From positions 1 through 64,000 of the forward strand of contig DXJL01000133.1 of the NCBI GenBank assembly GCA_019057635.1: a DNA stretch of 64,000 bases, written 5' to 3'. The stretch is from Candidatus Heimdallarchaeota archaeon. Lineage in GTDB: Archaea > Asgardarchaeota > Heimdallarchaeia > Hodarchaeales > Hodarchaeaceae. The notes under the pieces were generated by a model, which was not told the origin of the DNA, searched no databases, and worked only from the letters and a program-made list of their open reading frames with translations. Position 1 is the stretch's first letter, and the number at the start of each line of letters is the position of its first letter. This document shows positions 36,693-47,078 of this stretch, one piece after another. The translations under genes were made by a program, and so were the position numbers.

Positions 36693-38402
36693 GTGATTAG
36701 TATGTTTAACCGTATTCTTATCGCGAATCGTGGAGAGATCGCGAGTCGGATAATAGCATGTGCACAAGAGATGGGGATTGAAACAGTTGCAATTTATTCT
36801 GAAGTAGATGAAGAATCTGTTCATGTTCATGCCGCTGATTATTCGTATCCATTAGGGAATCCTGTTCCAGCTGAAAGTTACTTAAATATGGATAAAATTA
36901 TTGAAATTGCATTAGAAAGCAAATCAGAAGCTATTCATCCAGGATATGGCTTTTTATCCGAAAATGCGGTATTTGCTCGACGGGTGCAAGAAGCAGGATT
37001 AATTTGGATTGGTCCTAGCCCCAAGGCAATTCATGCAGTGGGAGATAAGATACAAGCTAAAAAAAGTATGAAAGCAGTAGATATTCCTGTTATTCCTGGC
37101 TATCATGGTGGATCGACGAATAAGAAATTTTTGAAACAAAAAGCGAGAGAAATTGGGTATCCTGTACTTATTAAGGCGACAGCTGGTGGAGGAGGTCGTG
37201 GGATGCGGATTGTAAACTCTGAACATGAATTTGCGGCTGCGTATGAAAGTGCTCGTCGTGAAGCTAAAAATGCTTTTGGAAATGGTGATGTTTTTCTTGA
37301 AAAATACTTCACACATATTCGACACATTGAATTTCAAATTCTTGCGGATCATTTTGGTAATATCGTACATTTAAACGAAAGAGAATGTTCTATCCAACGT
37401 CGCCATCAGAAAATTATAGAAGAAACTCCTTCTACAGCTTTAGATGAGAATTTAAGAAAAAAAATGGGAGATGTCGCTATTACTGCAGCCAGCGCCGTTA
37501 ATTATACAAATGCAGGATCGGTGGAGTTTGTTCTAGACGAAAAAGATAACTCATTCTATTTTTTAGAAATTAATGCACGGCTGCAGGTAGAACATGCGAT
37601 TACAGAAGCGGTTACAGGAATCGACCTAGTACGATGGCAACTGAAAATAGCGGCTGGACAAGAATTGCAGTTAAAACAAGAAGAAATTGTTAGTCGGGGC
37701 CACTCATTTGAATTCAGAATTTATGCTGAAAATCCAGAAAAACAATTTCTCCCATCTTCTGGCAAGATAAGGACAGTTCAAGTACCTGTGGGTGTTAATA
37801 TTAGGAATGATTTAGGGATCTCTACAACTGGTGGAGAAATATCCACGTTTTATGACCCCATGATAGCTAAGCTAATAGTACACGCTGAAACCCGAGAAGA
37901 TGCGATTCAAAAGATGACCTGGGCCTTGAGAAACTATGCCGCTTTGGGAATCCCTACAAATATCACGTTTCTACGAGAGGTCTTGACTCATCCTGATTTC
38001 CTCTCTGGTAATACTCATACAGATTTTGTAACCGAACACTATCACAAATGGAAAAATGGTAAAAAAGAAACTCCATTTCAAGTGTTATTGGCTGCTGCTC
38101 TCTTCGAAGTAATGGAACCGTTTATGGGTAGTAATAATAATGGTGAAACGCTTTCCATATTGAATGGAATTGATCCCCATTCACCTTGGCAGAAGATCGG
38201 AACTTGGGGACGTGAAAGTCTTGATGTCCTCTCTGACCGTGTTTCAGGTACTTTAGAAAAAGGAAAAGCTGCTATTAAGAAGATCATCCCAGTAAAAAGT
38301 GGTGATATAAAATCTTCTTTTATCCAGGATGTAGATCCTCATTCCCCATGGAAAAAAATAGGTGCATGGGAACATAATAAGAAGAGCAGTCGTAAATTTT
38401 AA
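36693..38402 (+). CDS. Biotin carboxylase subunit of methylcrotonyl-CoA-type carboxylase
   Basis: Motifs ILIANRGEIA, IHPGYGFLSEN, GGGGRGMR, ERECSIQRRHQK, FLEINARLQVEH and YDPMIAK. Likely start is the ATG at 36702. Confidence 0.95.
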   Translation: MISMFNRILIANRGEIASRIIACAQEMGIETVAIYSEVDEESVHVHAADYSYPLGNPVPAESYLNMDKIIEIALESKSEAIHPGYGFLSENAVFARRVQEAGLIWIGPSPKAIHAVGDKIQAKKSMKAVDIPVIPGYHGGSTNKKFLKQKAREIGYPVLIKATAGGGGRGMRIVNSEHEFAAAYESARREAKNAFGNGDVFLEKYFTHIRHIEFQILADHFGNIVHLNERECSIQRRHQKIIEETPSTALDENLRKKMGDVAITAASAVNYTNAGSVEFVLDEKDNSFYFLEINARLQVEHAITEAVTGIDLVRWQLKIAAGQELQLKQEEIVSRGHSFEFRIYAENPEKQFLPSSGKIRTVQVPVGVNIRNDLGISTTGGEISTFYDPMIAKLIVHAETREDAIQKMTWALRNYAALGIPTNITFLREVLTHPDFLSGNTHTDFVTEHYHKWKNGKKETPFQVLLAAALFEVMEPFMGSNNNGETLSILNGIDPHSPWQKIGTWGRESLDVLSDRVSGTLEKGKAAIKKIIPVKSGDIKSSFIQDVDPHSPWKKIGAWEHNKKSSRKF

Positions 38403-38421
38403 TCCAGACCAGTGACTCCTC

Positions 38422-38955
38422 ATGAGTGAAGTTTTCAATTTTGATGATGGAAATCAACGATTTGAAGTCCGGCTTCGTCGTGACGAAAATGATGGATATT
38501 ATGTGGTCATCAAAGATCATGAGGATAATGAGAAAGAAATAACTGTAACAGCAAAAGTTCTTGGTACAGGTCAATTTCAATTTACTCTTGAAAATATCAT
38601 CTATAAGTGCTCAGTTGCAAAGGATGGAGATTTGAGATTTATACATCTTGATGGAGCAGATTATGAAATTCGTCGTGTAGATGAACTCGAGGAGGAAGAT
38701 TTTGAAGAAACTGTGGATGAGGGTAGCTTGTCTAGTCCGATGCCTGGACGAATAGTCAAACTATTAGTAAAAGTTGGGGATGTAGTTAAGAAAAGTGAAG
38801 ATTTACTGGTAGTGGAGGCAATGAAGATGGAAAATAAGCTAATTTCTCCATTCGAGGGAACTGTAACCGAAATTTTCTACTCAGAGGGGGATCAGATTGA
38901 AGCAAACGTTCCTTTAATGGAGATTCAACAATCTAAAACATCTGAAGAGAGCTGA
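38422..38955 (+). CDS. Biotin carboxyl carrier protein (BT beta-barrel remnant plus BCCP)
   Basis: Motifs SPMPG and EAMKMEN (biotinylation site). Confidence 0.95.
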   Translation: MSEVFNFDDGNQRFEVRLRRDENDGYYVVIKDHEDNEKEITVTAKVLGTGQFQFTLENIIYKCSVAKDGDLRFIHLDGADYEIRRVDELEEEDFEETVDEGSLSSPMPGRIVKLLVKVGDVVKKSEDLLVVEAMKMENKLISPFEGTVTEIFYSEGDQIEANVPLMEIQQSKTSEES

Positions 38956-39065
38956 ATACTTTCAAAGGATATTACTGGAGTAAGTACTTTCGTCCAAGAA
39001 ATTCTTTAAGTAAATAGTATAGAACATTTATCCTCCCTAGAGATGTTTCTTTCGAGGTTAAAGTA

Positions 39066-40670
39066 ATGGCTATAATTAAATCTAAAGTAGATGTGAAATC
39101 GTCGGATTTTCAAGAAAATTATAATCATTTTCAGAAGATTCTTGAAAATCATCAAGAGATTCTTGAATCAGTAAGATCAGGTAACCCCAAAGCAATGGAA
39201 AAGCATCTTGGAAGAGGGAAAATTCCTGCACGTCAACGTATAAAACTAATCCTTGATCCTGATACACCATTTATGGAATTGAGTTCATTAGCTGCTTACA
39301 ACTTATATGATAATGCTGCCCCGTATGCAGGAATTGTAACTGGTATTGGTTTAGTGGCAGGGAGAGAAATTATGTTTATTGCTAATGATGCGACCATCAA
39401 AGGGGGCACCTATTTTCCAATGACTGTGAAGAAACATCTACGTGCCCAAGAAATTGCAGAACAAAACAATCTTCCGTGTGTGTATTTAGTTGATTCTGGT
39501 GGGGCATTTCTACCTCTTCAAGCTGAAGTATTCCCCGATAAAGAACACTTTGGAAGAATATTTTATAACCAAGCCCAGATGTCATCAAAAGCTATACCAC
39601 AAATAAGTGTGGTCATGGGATCGTGTACAGCTGGGGGAGCATATGTTCCCGCAATGTCAGATGAAACAGTTATTGTGAAAGGAACAGGTACTATCTTTCT
39701 AGGTGGACCTCCACTTGTCAAAGCAGCTACAGGCGAAGAAGTTTCTGCTGAAGATTTAGGTGGAGCTGATGTCCATTGTCGTACCTCCGGGGTTGCTGAT
39801 CATTATGCAACTAATGATGAACATGCATTACGGGTAACACGTAATATCATTGAACATCTCAATTTACCTCCGAAAACAACTCTTGATTTTAAAGCACCAG
39901 AACCTCCATTATACGAAATAGACGAAATTTATGGTATTCTACCCAAAGATGTCCGACAAGCTTACGATGTTCATGAGATCATTGCTCGATTAGTCGATGG
40001 ATCCCGCTTTCACGAATTTAAAGCATTATATGGATCCACCCTTATTTGTGGATTTGCTCGTATAATGGGATACCCAGTTGGGATACTAGCAAATAATGGT
40101 GTGTTATTCTCAGAAAGTGCATTGAAGGGTACTCATTTCATTAATTTATGTACGCATCGGAAATTACCTTTGATCTTCTTACAAAACATTACTGGATTTA
40201 TAGTTGGGAGTGAAGCAGAATCTGGAGGAATTGCGAAAGACGGCGCTAAGCTTGTTATGGCGGTAAGTAATGCTCAAGTACCAAAATTTACGATCATAAT
40301 TGGTGGATCCTACGGTGCGGGAAATTATGGTATGGCGGGTAGGGCATATTCACCACGATTTTTATTCATGTGGCCAAACGCTAGGATCTCTGTCATGGGA
40401 GGAGAACAGGCAGCTAATGTATTAGCTACCGTCAAAGAAACCCAATTTGCTGCGCAGGGAAAAACTTTGTCTCCTGAACAACGGGAGGAAATTATGAAAC
40501 CCATTCTTGCTAAGTACAATAAGGAATCAAGTGCTTACTATAGTACAGGTCGTTTATGGGATGATGGTATTATCGACCCCGCAGACACCCGCATCATACT
40601 GGCATTATGTATATCGGCTTCTTTGAATGCAGATATTCCTGATACGAAATATGGTGTCTTCCGTATGTAG
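39066..40670 (+). CDS. liuB: 3-methylcrotonyl-CoA carboxylase beta (carboxyltransferase) subunit
   Basis: Motifs [55 protein letters not shown] and C-terminal GVFRM. Confidence 0.93.
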   Translation: MAIIKSKVDVKSSDFQENYNHFQKILENHQEILESVRSGNPKAMEKHLGRGKIPARQRIKLILDPDTPFMELSSLAAYNLYDNAAPYAGIVTGIGLVAGREIMFIANDATIKGGTYFPMTVKKHLRAQEIAEQNNLPCVYLVDSGGAFLPLQAEVFPDKEHFGRIFYNQAQMSSKAIPQISVVMGSCTAGGAYVPAMSDETVIVKGTGTIFLGGPPLVKAATGEEVSAEDLGGADVHCRTSGVADHYATNDEHALRVTRNIIEHLNLPPKTTLDFKAPEPPLYEIDEIYGILPKDVRQAYDVHEIIARLVDGSRFHEFKALYGSTLICGFARIMGYPVGILANNGVLFSESALKGTHFINLCTHRKLPLIFLQNITGFIVGSEAESGGIAKDGAKLVMAVSNAQVPKFTIIIGGSYGAGNYGMAGRAYSPRFLFMWPNARISVMGGEQAANVLATVKETQFAAQGKTLSPEQREEIMKPILAKYNKESSAYYSTGRLWDDGIIDPADTRIILALCISASLNADIPDTKYGVFRM

Positions 40671-40693
40671 TTAGAGGATTGGAAGGAATTCTA

Positions 40694-41506
40694 ATGACAC
40701 AATATGAAACCATTACTTCAGAAGAGTTAGATCATGTCTGTATCATTACACTGAATCGTGCAAAAGTTCATAATGCATTCAATCCTCAAATGATCTCCGA
40801 ACTTACCTCTGAATTCGCTAAACAAAATAATAACTCTACTATAAGGGCTATAATTCTAACTGGAGCTGGAAAATCCTTTTCTGCTGGCGCTGACCTAGTT
40901 TATATGGAGGCTAGCAAGGATTTCACATTGGAAGAAAATCAACAAGATGCAGTAAAGCTAGAGAAACTCTTTCACACAATTTACCAATCTTCCAAGCCTG
41001 TTGTTGGTAGAATTAATGGTGCGGCCTTTGGTGGAGGTGTTGGACTCGTAGCACTCTGTGATATAGCCATTGCGATAGAACGGGCAGTCTTTGCGTTTTC
41101 CGAAGTAAATCTAGGCATAATGCCTGCTGTGATTAGTCCGTATGTAATACCTAAAATTGGGTATTCAAATGCTACAAGATATTTCTTAACTGGTGAGCGT
41201 ATGGATGCATTAACTGCCATGAGGATTGGACTGATACATGAGGTTGCAATGGATCAGAATGAGTTGAATCAGAAAGTTATAGCCATTATTAGTCATCTTC
41301 TCACTAGTGGGCCATTAGCTATGTCTCAAATAAAGGAAATTCTTGATAAAAATAAAACAGAAAGTTTTGAAAGTGTTAGACCTTATTTAATAGAGAAAAT
41401 TGCTCAAATAAGGACCTCACCTGAAGGAAAAGAAGGTTTAAAGGCATTTTTGGAAAAACGAACCCCTAAATGGAAAAAAGATGAATGGGAAGGACTGGAA
41501 ACTTAA
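40694..41506 (+). CDS. liuC: Enoyl-CoA hydratase, probable methylglutaconyl-CoA hydratase
   Basis: Motifs LNRAKVHNAFN, FSAGADL, AFGGGVGL, FSEVNLGIMPAVISPYV and EGLKAFLEKR. Follows the MCC genes. ATG at 40694. Confidence 0.85.
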   Translation: MTQYETITSEELDHVCIITLNRAKVHNAFNPQMISELTSEFAKQNNNSTIRAIILTGAGKSFSAGADLVYMEASKDFTLEENQQDAVKLEKLFHTIYQSSKPVVGRINGAAFGGGVGLVALCDIAIAIERAVFAFSEVNLGIMPAVISPYVIPKIGYSNATRYFLTGERMDALTAMRIGLIHEVAMDQNELNQKVIAIISHLLTSGPLAMSQIKEILDKNKTESFESVRPYLIEKIAQIRTSPEGKEGLKAFLEKRTPKWKKDEWEGLET

Positions 41507-42368
41507 AAATCTCGTAGAACTAAATTCGTTGGTAGTAAAAGTGGTCGATAAGCTCGATTACGATCTAATAAAGCCCAAAAAGGCCTCTCTTCCACATTTA
41601 GTGTTTATACATGGTGCTGGTGGTGATAAAAGCCAGTGGGATTCACAAATTGATTTTTTATCAGGAAAGGGATATGGAGTTCTCACGATAAGTTTACCAA
41701 ATCATGGAAAAAGCATATCAGAACCTAATGTTTCTCTTACTCAAGATTCTGATGGTAGGAAATCGCTAATTAATGACTATACAAATGATATTGTTGGATT
41801 GATATCATTCTTAGAGTTACAAAATTACAGTCTTGTAGGACACTCAATGGGAGGAGCCATTGTCTTAAACTTCGTCCTCCTAGCTGATAGAGGCGTAGTC
41901 AATGATTCTCAACCTTTACCTAGAACAATATTTCTTATTGGTACTGGAGCTAAATTGAATGTTGCACCAGTTTTTTTCGATTTACTTAAGGGTGATTTCA
42001 ATGAGGCCCTAAAATTGATGAATAAATTTAGCTACGGATCAAAGGCAGATCGATCTATAAAGCTCAAAAATCAGAATATACTCACAAATAATGGTGTTAA
42101 CGTATTATATGATGATCTTGAGGCTTGTCGACATTTTGATGTGAGAGAGGATCTAAAGTATATTAAAATTCCAACAGTCATTATTTGCGGTGACCAAGAT
42201 CAAATGACTCCCCCCAAATTCTCACAATATCTCAATGAAAATATCTCTAAGTCTCAGCTTTTCCTCATACCCGATACAGGGCATTTTGTTTTTCAAGAGT
42301 CACCAACTCAAGTAAATAAAATTATTCACAACACAATTATTTCTGGAATGGATAATTATGACGGATGA
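41481..42368 (+). CDS. Alpha/beta-fold hydrolase
   Basis: Motifs FIHGAGG, GHSMGG (nucleophile), GDQDQMTP and GH. Confidence 0.9.
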   Translation: MNGKDWKLKNLVELNSLVVKVVDKLDYDLIKPKKASLPHLVFIHGAGGDKSQWDSQIDFLSGKGYGVLTISLPNHGKSISEPNVSLTQDSDGRKSLINDYTNDIVGLISFLELQNYSLVGHSMGGAIVLNFVLLADRGVVNDSQPLPRTIFLIGTGAKLNVAPVFFDLLKGDFNEALKLMNKFSYGSKADRSIKLKNQNILTNNGVNVLYDDLEACRHFDVREDLKYIKIPTVIICGDQDQMTPPKFSQYLNENISKSQLFLIPDTGHFVFQESPTQVNKIIHNTIISGMDNYDG

Positions 42369-43254
42369 AACATTATTTCAGAAACTTGGATTTTCCCCTG
42401 AAGATAAAGTAGTAATTTTTCATATTGATGATGTGGGTTTTTCACATGCAGCGAATGTAGCGGCTTTTGAGTGCTTAGATTTTGGAATTGCTTCTTGCGG
42501 GTCAGTTATTGTTCCAGCACCTTGGTTTCTAGAGGTTGCAGCAATTGCAAAAACAAACCCTCAGTATGACATTGGTGTTCATTTAACCTTAACCTCTGAA
42601 TACTCCACATATAGGTGGCGGGCATTAAGTAGTGTAGAAACCAAAACTGGATTATTAGCAGAGGATAGATGTCTTTGGAAAACTGCAGAAGAAGCAATAT
42701 CAAATGTTACAGCCGAAGCAGCAGAAATTGAGATGCGTACACAAATAGATTATGCACTACAATCTGGGATAGATGTGACGCATATAGATACTCACATGGG
42801 AACAGTCATGGATCCTAAGTTCATACAATCCTATCTAACTCTTTCGGATGAATATAAAATTCCTGCTTTTCTCCCAAAACTTTCAAAGGAAGAATTATTC
42901 TTGATGGGATTAGGGGAATATGTAGATATCTATCAAGATTTATTGGAATCACTCGAATCAAATGGGTTCCCATTAGTAGATCATATGATAATAGAGACTG
43001 GAGGAGTTTACCCAAACAAAAGCCAATACTATCACGAGCTCCTAAAAGAATTACAACCTGGATTAACACATTTACTCTTCCATCCAGCAAAAATGAGTCA
43101 TGAATTAAAATCAATAGCTCCTGATTCTGCAGAATGGCGTAATCAAGATTACGAAGCCTTTACGGATGTTTATCTTCGCGATCGTGTCAAAGAGCTTGAT
43201 ATAACAGTTATTGGCTATCGTGAAATTCGAGATATAATACGAAAACAAAAATAG
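42358..43254 (+). CDS. ChbG/YdjC-family carbohydrate deacetylase
   Basis: Motifs HIDDVG, GVHLTL, THIDTHMG and FHP. Confidence 0.9.
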   Translation: MTDETLFQKLGFSPEDKVVIFHIDDVGFSHAANVAAFECLDFGIASCGSVIVPAPWFLEVAAIAKTNPQYDIGVHLTLTSEYSTYRWRALSSVETKTGLLAEDRCLWKTAEEAISNVTAEAAEIEMRTQIDYALQSGIDVTHIDTHMGTVMDPKFIQSYLTLSDEYKIPAFLPKLSKEELFLMGLGEYVDIYQDLLESLESNGFPLVDHMIIETGGVYPNKSQYYHELLKELQPGLTHLLFHPAKMSHELKSIAPDSAEWRNQDYEAFTDVYLRDRVKELDITVIGYREIRDIIRKQK

Positions 43255-43278
43255 CTTAGGTTTAATAGGGCGGATTTC

Positions 43279-44577
43279 ATGCCTAAAACTAAGGTATTGT
43301 CAATGTTTAGTGTTTTAGAAATTCGTTTTGTCGATATTCATGGTAAACTTAAAGCAATGAATGTCCCTGTCAACATTCATGACCTTCAAACGGCTCAATC
43401 AGATCCAATTTTCACCGAAGGAGCGAACGTAGATGGTAGTTCCATTGCTGGATTTACTCCTCTTGAAAATTCTGACCTACATTTAATACCAGAGGCAGAT
43501 AGTATAATTGAGCTTTCTTATACAGAAGAACCAAAAATTGCAGTTATGTGTGAGGTTCGTCAGCATAATGAAATTTTTGTGGGAGATACTCGTTCACGTC
43601 TAAAGGCCGTTATTGATGAAAAATTAACCTCTCGGGGATGGAAGCTAAAAGTTGGCCCAGAACCTGAATTTTTTCTATTAAAAGATAACAAACCAGTCGA
43701 CACTGGAAAATATGCAGACATTTTTCCTAATGCCATCGCAGAGGGGGTCATTAAACGTTTTCCCTCTCATTTAGAAAAAGCTGGAATCACCTGTAAAGTG
43801 CATCATCATGAGGTAGGTTCAGGACAATATGAGATTGAGATAAAACATTCCGAGGCATTATTTACAGCAGATTCGATTGTCACCTACAAGGCTATCGTGA
43901 GAGCCTTGGCAGCAAAAATAGGTTATTCTGCTACTTTTATGCCTAAACCATTTGGAGACGCAAATGGGAACGGTATGCATTTCCATCTCTCACTCTGGGA
44001 AGGTGAGGACAATCTATTTGCGACAGAAAAACCAAGTGAAATATCAATTGTTGGACAACAATTTATGGCTGGAATACTTGATCATGCGGAAGCTTTAACT
44101 GTAATAGTAGCACCCACAGTGAATTCGTTCAAACGGCTGGTCCCTGGGTTTGAAGCACCAGTTTATATTGCATGGGCACCCTTAAATAGATCGGCATTAT
44201 GTCGTGTCCCAATGTTCCAAGATCCACATACTGCTCGGTTTGAATATCGTTGTCCCGATCCAAGTTCCAATCCTTATTTAGCATTAACAGCTGTGATTGC
44301 CGCGGGTGTAGATGGTATTGATCGTAAGCTAGAACTTCCTCCTCTCGTCAAATCAAACATCTTTAAACTGACCTCTGAAGAGCGAGATGAGTTAGGAATA
44401 AAAAATCTTCCAGGAAATCTCTTCCAAGCCCTCACCTGTCTGAAGAATGATCGTATTATTCAAGAAGCTCTGGGAACACATATTTTCAATCATTTCCTCA
44501 AGATTAAGAAAAAGGAATGGCTACAATATTCAACACAAGTTACCGATTGGGATTGGAAGGAATATATTGACGTTTAA
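43279..44577 (+). CDS. glnA: Type I glutamine synthetase
   Basis: Motifs DGSS, GPEPEFF, HHEV, QYE, TFMPKP, NGNGMHFHLSL, RLVPGFEAP, NRSA, EYRCPD and NPYL. Confidence 0.9.
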   Translation: MPKTKVLSMFSVLEIRFVDIHGKLKAMNVPVNIHDLQTAQSDPIFTEGANVDGSSIAGFTPLENSDLHLIPEADSIIELSYTEEPKIAVMCEVRQHNEIFVGDTRSRLKAVIDEKLTSRGWKLKVGPEPEFFLLKDNKPVDTGKYADIFPNAIAEGVIKRFPSHLEKAGITCKVHHHEVGSGQYEIEIKHSEALFTADSIVTYKAIVRALAAKIGYSATFMPKPFGDANGNGMHFHLSLWEGEDNLFATEKPSEISIVGQQFMAGILDHAEALTVIVAPTVNSFKRLVPGFEAPVYIAWAPLNRSALCRVPMFQDPHTARFEYRCPDPSSNPYLALTAVIAAGVDGIDRKLELPPLVKSNIFKLTSEERDELGIKNLPGNLFQALTCLKNDRIIQEALGTHIFNHFLKIKKKEWLQYSTQVTDWDWKEYIDV

Positions 44578-44586
44578 AAAATAGTA

Positions 44587-45426
44587 GTGAGTATATTGAA
44601 ATTTCGAGTAGCATTAGCCCAGACTCATTCACATCAAGCAGATCCCACATCCAATTTACAGATCATTTCTGAAATTTGTGAAAAGATAGATTTTGACGAA
44701 GAGATACCTACTATTGTAGTTTTTCCTGAATTATCAGTAACAGGCTATTTGATGCATGATGATGTATATCAACTGGCAGAACCAATTCCGTCTGGGCCGT
44801 TTAGTCAGGAATTAGCTCGTATATCACAAAAAAATAGTTGTTATTTAATTGCAGGTATGCCAGAGTCCTCTATCCCGGGATTATTATACAACACTGCAGT
44901 AATGTTTGGTCCAGAGGGTTTTATTGGAAAAAGTCGCAAAATATTTCTACCTAATCATTCTGTCTTTAACGAAAGACGATATTTCAGAAGTTCTCCGACA
45001 ATAAACGTAATGGACACTCCGATGGGAAAGATCGGAATGCAAATTTGTTATGATATCTTTAGTCCAGAAATTACACGTGCTCATGCTCTCTTGGGAGCGC
45101 ACACGAGCATTTGTATCTCTGCATCTCCAGGTGTACGAAGACAATATTTTGAAACATTTATCCCTGCAAGAGCAATGGAGAATACTATTAATTTTGTTTA
45201 TGTAAACCAATCTGGAATTCAAGACGATTTGATATTCTGGGGAGGATCAGAGGTTCGTTCCGCTACAGGAAAACAAATCGCAAAACTTGAATATAATAAG
45301 CCTGATTTTGAGGTTTGTACACTATCAACAGATAGCTCACAGAGTGCCAAAAATTTTGTACCTACCTTGAAGGATTTACCCTCTTGGATATTTAAAACGA
45401 TAGAAGAGAGTTACTATGACATCTAA
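44587..45426 (+). CDS. Nitrilase-family amidase, probable stand-alone glutaminase subunit of NAD synthetase
   Basis: E-K-C triad (FPEL, RKIFLP, ICYD) and LPNHSVFNERRYF. Overlaps nadE by 11 bp. Confidence 0.8.
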   Translation: MSILKFRVALAQTHSHQADPTSNLQIISEICEKIDFDEEIPTIVVFPELSVTGYLMHDDVYQLAEPIPSGPFSQELARISQKNSCYLIAGMPESSIPGLLYNTAVMFGPEGFIGKSRKIFLPNHSVFNERRYFRSSPTINVMDTPMGKIGMQICYDIFSPEITRAHALLGAHTSICISASPGVRRQYFETFIPARAMENTINFVYVNQSGIQDDLIFWGGSEVRSATGKQIAKLEYNKPDFEVCTLSTDSSQSAKNFVPTLKDLPSWIFKTIEESYYDI

Positions 45427-46273
45427 AACAAGAATTCGCAGTATACCCTCTCTTGATGTTACTGTGACTAGCAAGCTTATTCAAGATTTCATAAAGATAC
45501 GAGTGACTGAAGCTGGAGCAGAAGGAGTGGTAATTGGATTAAGTGGAGGAATAGATTCGGCAGTAGTTGTTACTCTTGCTGCTAAGATCTTAGGGTCAAA
45601 AAATGTCATTCCAATCTTTCTACAGAATATTAATTCTTCTGAAGCTGATATTACAGATATTAAAGCCCTGTGTAAAAAACTAAAGCTTGACCTAATCCAA
45701 TATAACATTCAAGGAGTTATCGACCAATTTGCAGAAAGCATTAGCGAAACAGAAGATTCTTCAGAATTAGCATGGATGAATATTAAGCCTAGGCTTTTAC
45801 AAACATACCTTTATTTTCATGCTAATAAGAATAATTATTTAGTCTGTGGAGCTGGTAATAAAAGCGAGATAATGATTGGATATTTTACTAAGTATGGTGA
45901 TGGTGGCGTTGATATCCTCCCCATTGGAGATGTTTACAAAACTCATGTTTATCAACTTGCAGAGTATCTAAAACTACCTAAATCAATTCTAAAAAAGGCC
46001 CCGAGTGCAGGATTAACTAAAGGGCAAACAGATGAAGCTGAAATCGGTATGAGCTATACAGAACTTGATTCAGTCTTATATGGCCTAGAAATATTTCAAA
46101 CTGATGAACAAATTACCGAACTTACCCAGATTCCACCTTCAACGATTAAAAAAGTCAGATCTATGATTTATAAAAGTGAACATAAACGACGAGGCCCCAT
46201 TTTATTCAAATTGGGGGTAAGAACGCCCAGTATGGATTGGCGTATACCTTTAATAAAACCCAAACATATCTGA
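45416..46273 (+). CDS. nadE: NAD+ synthetase (synthetase domain only)
   Basis: Motifs GLSGGIDS (PP loop), NIKPR, NKSE, GYFTKYGDGGVD, PSAGL, QTDE and HKR. Confidence 0.95.
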   Translation: MTSKTRIRSIPSLDVTVTSKLIQDFIKIRVTEAGAEGVVIGLSGGIDSAVVVTLAAKILGSKNVIPIFLQNINSSEADITDIKALCKKLKLDLIQYNIQGVIDQFAESISETEDSSELAWMNIKPRLLQTYLYFHANKNNYLVCGAGNKSEIMIGYFTKYGDGGVDILPIGDVYKTHVYQLAEYLKLPKSILKKAPSAGLTKGQTDEAEIGMSYTELDSVLYGLEIFQTDEQITELTQIPPSTIKKVRSMIYKSEHKRRGPILFKLGVRTPSMDWRIPLIKPKHI

Positions 46274-46310
46274 ATTACTTAAGAACAATTGTCCACTACT
46301 AGGTGCAAAT

Positions 46311-47072
46311 ATGTGTCGTCTTCTTGGGATTTATGGCTCAGTAAATCCTTGGCAGAAAATTCTGAGTGATTTTCAAGAATTATCAGAGAAGGGAAAAATC
46401 CCAAGTATTCCGAATGTGCTACCAGGCCACAAGGATGGATGGGGAATGGCCTGTTCTAAACACGATGACTCAGGAATGGTTTTAGTAGGTAAATATCTCG
46501 GTTCTGCACGAGAAGCTCCAGAGTATAAAGAAAAGGTTCAATCTTTTCAAAGTCAACCACATACCTTTCTGTGCCATTTAAGGAAAGCAAGCCCGAGCAT
46601 TCCGATTTCTTTACCAAATAGTCATCCTTTTCTTTTTGCAGGCTGGGCATTTGTCCATAATGGCACAGTTTACAAGGCAGAAAAATTGGAAAAAGCCTCT
46701 ATATTCCAAATGACATCTGATAATTCCGATTCAGAGTTTTTATTCCATTATTTACTGACACATATATTGAAAGAAGAAAGTATAGAACATAGAATAGAGA
46801 GATTGATTGAGAGTCTCTTGAAATTTGATTTAAAATTCTCATCACTCAACTCTATGTTAAGTAATGGATCAGAAATGTTTGTTATTCGCTATGCTGCTGA
46901 ACACCATGATTATTTCACACTGTTTTATAATGAAACTGGTTCAGGGGTAATTGTTAGTTCTGAACCAATAGGTGTGCAAGAAGCTCGAGAAGAAAGCTGG
47001 ACTGAGATGCCAAACCGAAGCGTTTTATCTATCTTCAGTGATCCCCCTAAAGTAAAATTGACCAAATTCTAA
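46311..47072 (+). CDS. Class II (Ntn) glutamine amidotransferase, YafJ/EgtC-like
   Basis: N-terminal MCRL (Cys2 nucleophile), HKDGWG, HLRKAS, NSHPF, HNG, DSE and SSEP. Confidence 0.92.
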   Translation: MCRLLGIYGSVNPWQKILSDFQELSEKGKIPSIPNVLPGHKDGWGMACSKHDDSGMVLVGKYLGSAREAPEYKEKVQSFQSQPHTFLCHLRKASPSIPISLPNSHPFLFAGWAFVHNGTVYKAEKLEKASIFQMTSDNSDSEFLFHYLLTHILKEESIEHRIERLIESLLKFDLKFSSLNSMLSNGSEMFVIRYAAEHHDYFTLFYNETGSGVIVSSEPIGVQEAREESWTEMPNRSVLSIFSDPPKVKLTKF

Positions 47073-47078
47073 ATTATA

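Noticed and set aside
38395-38425. Sequencing frameshift splitting the MCC alpha subunit
   Set aside because: The second ORF has its own ATG after a 19-bp spacer, and the first ends in a low-complexity basic tail. This fits a real split better, though reads were not available.
43279-44577. PuuA-like gamma-glutamyl-amine ligase instead of true GS
   Set aside because: DGSS and the flap Glu (GFEAP) of ammonia-using GS are retained. Not fully excluded, given the nearby EgtC-like hydrolase.
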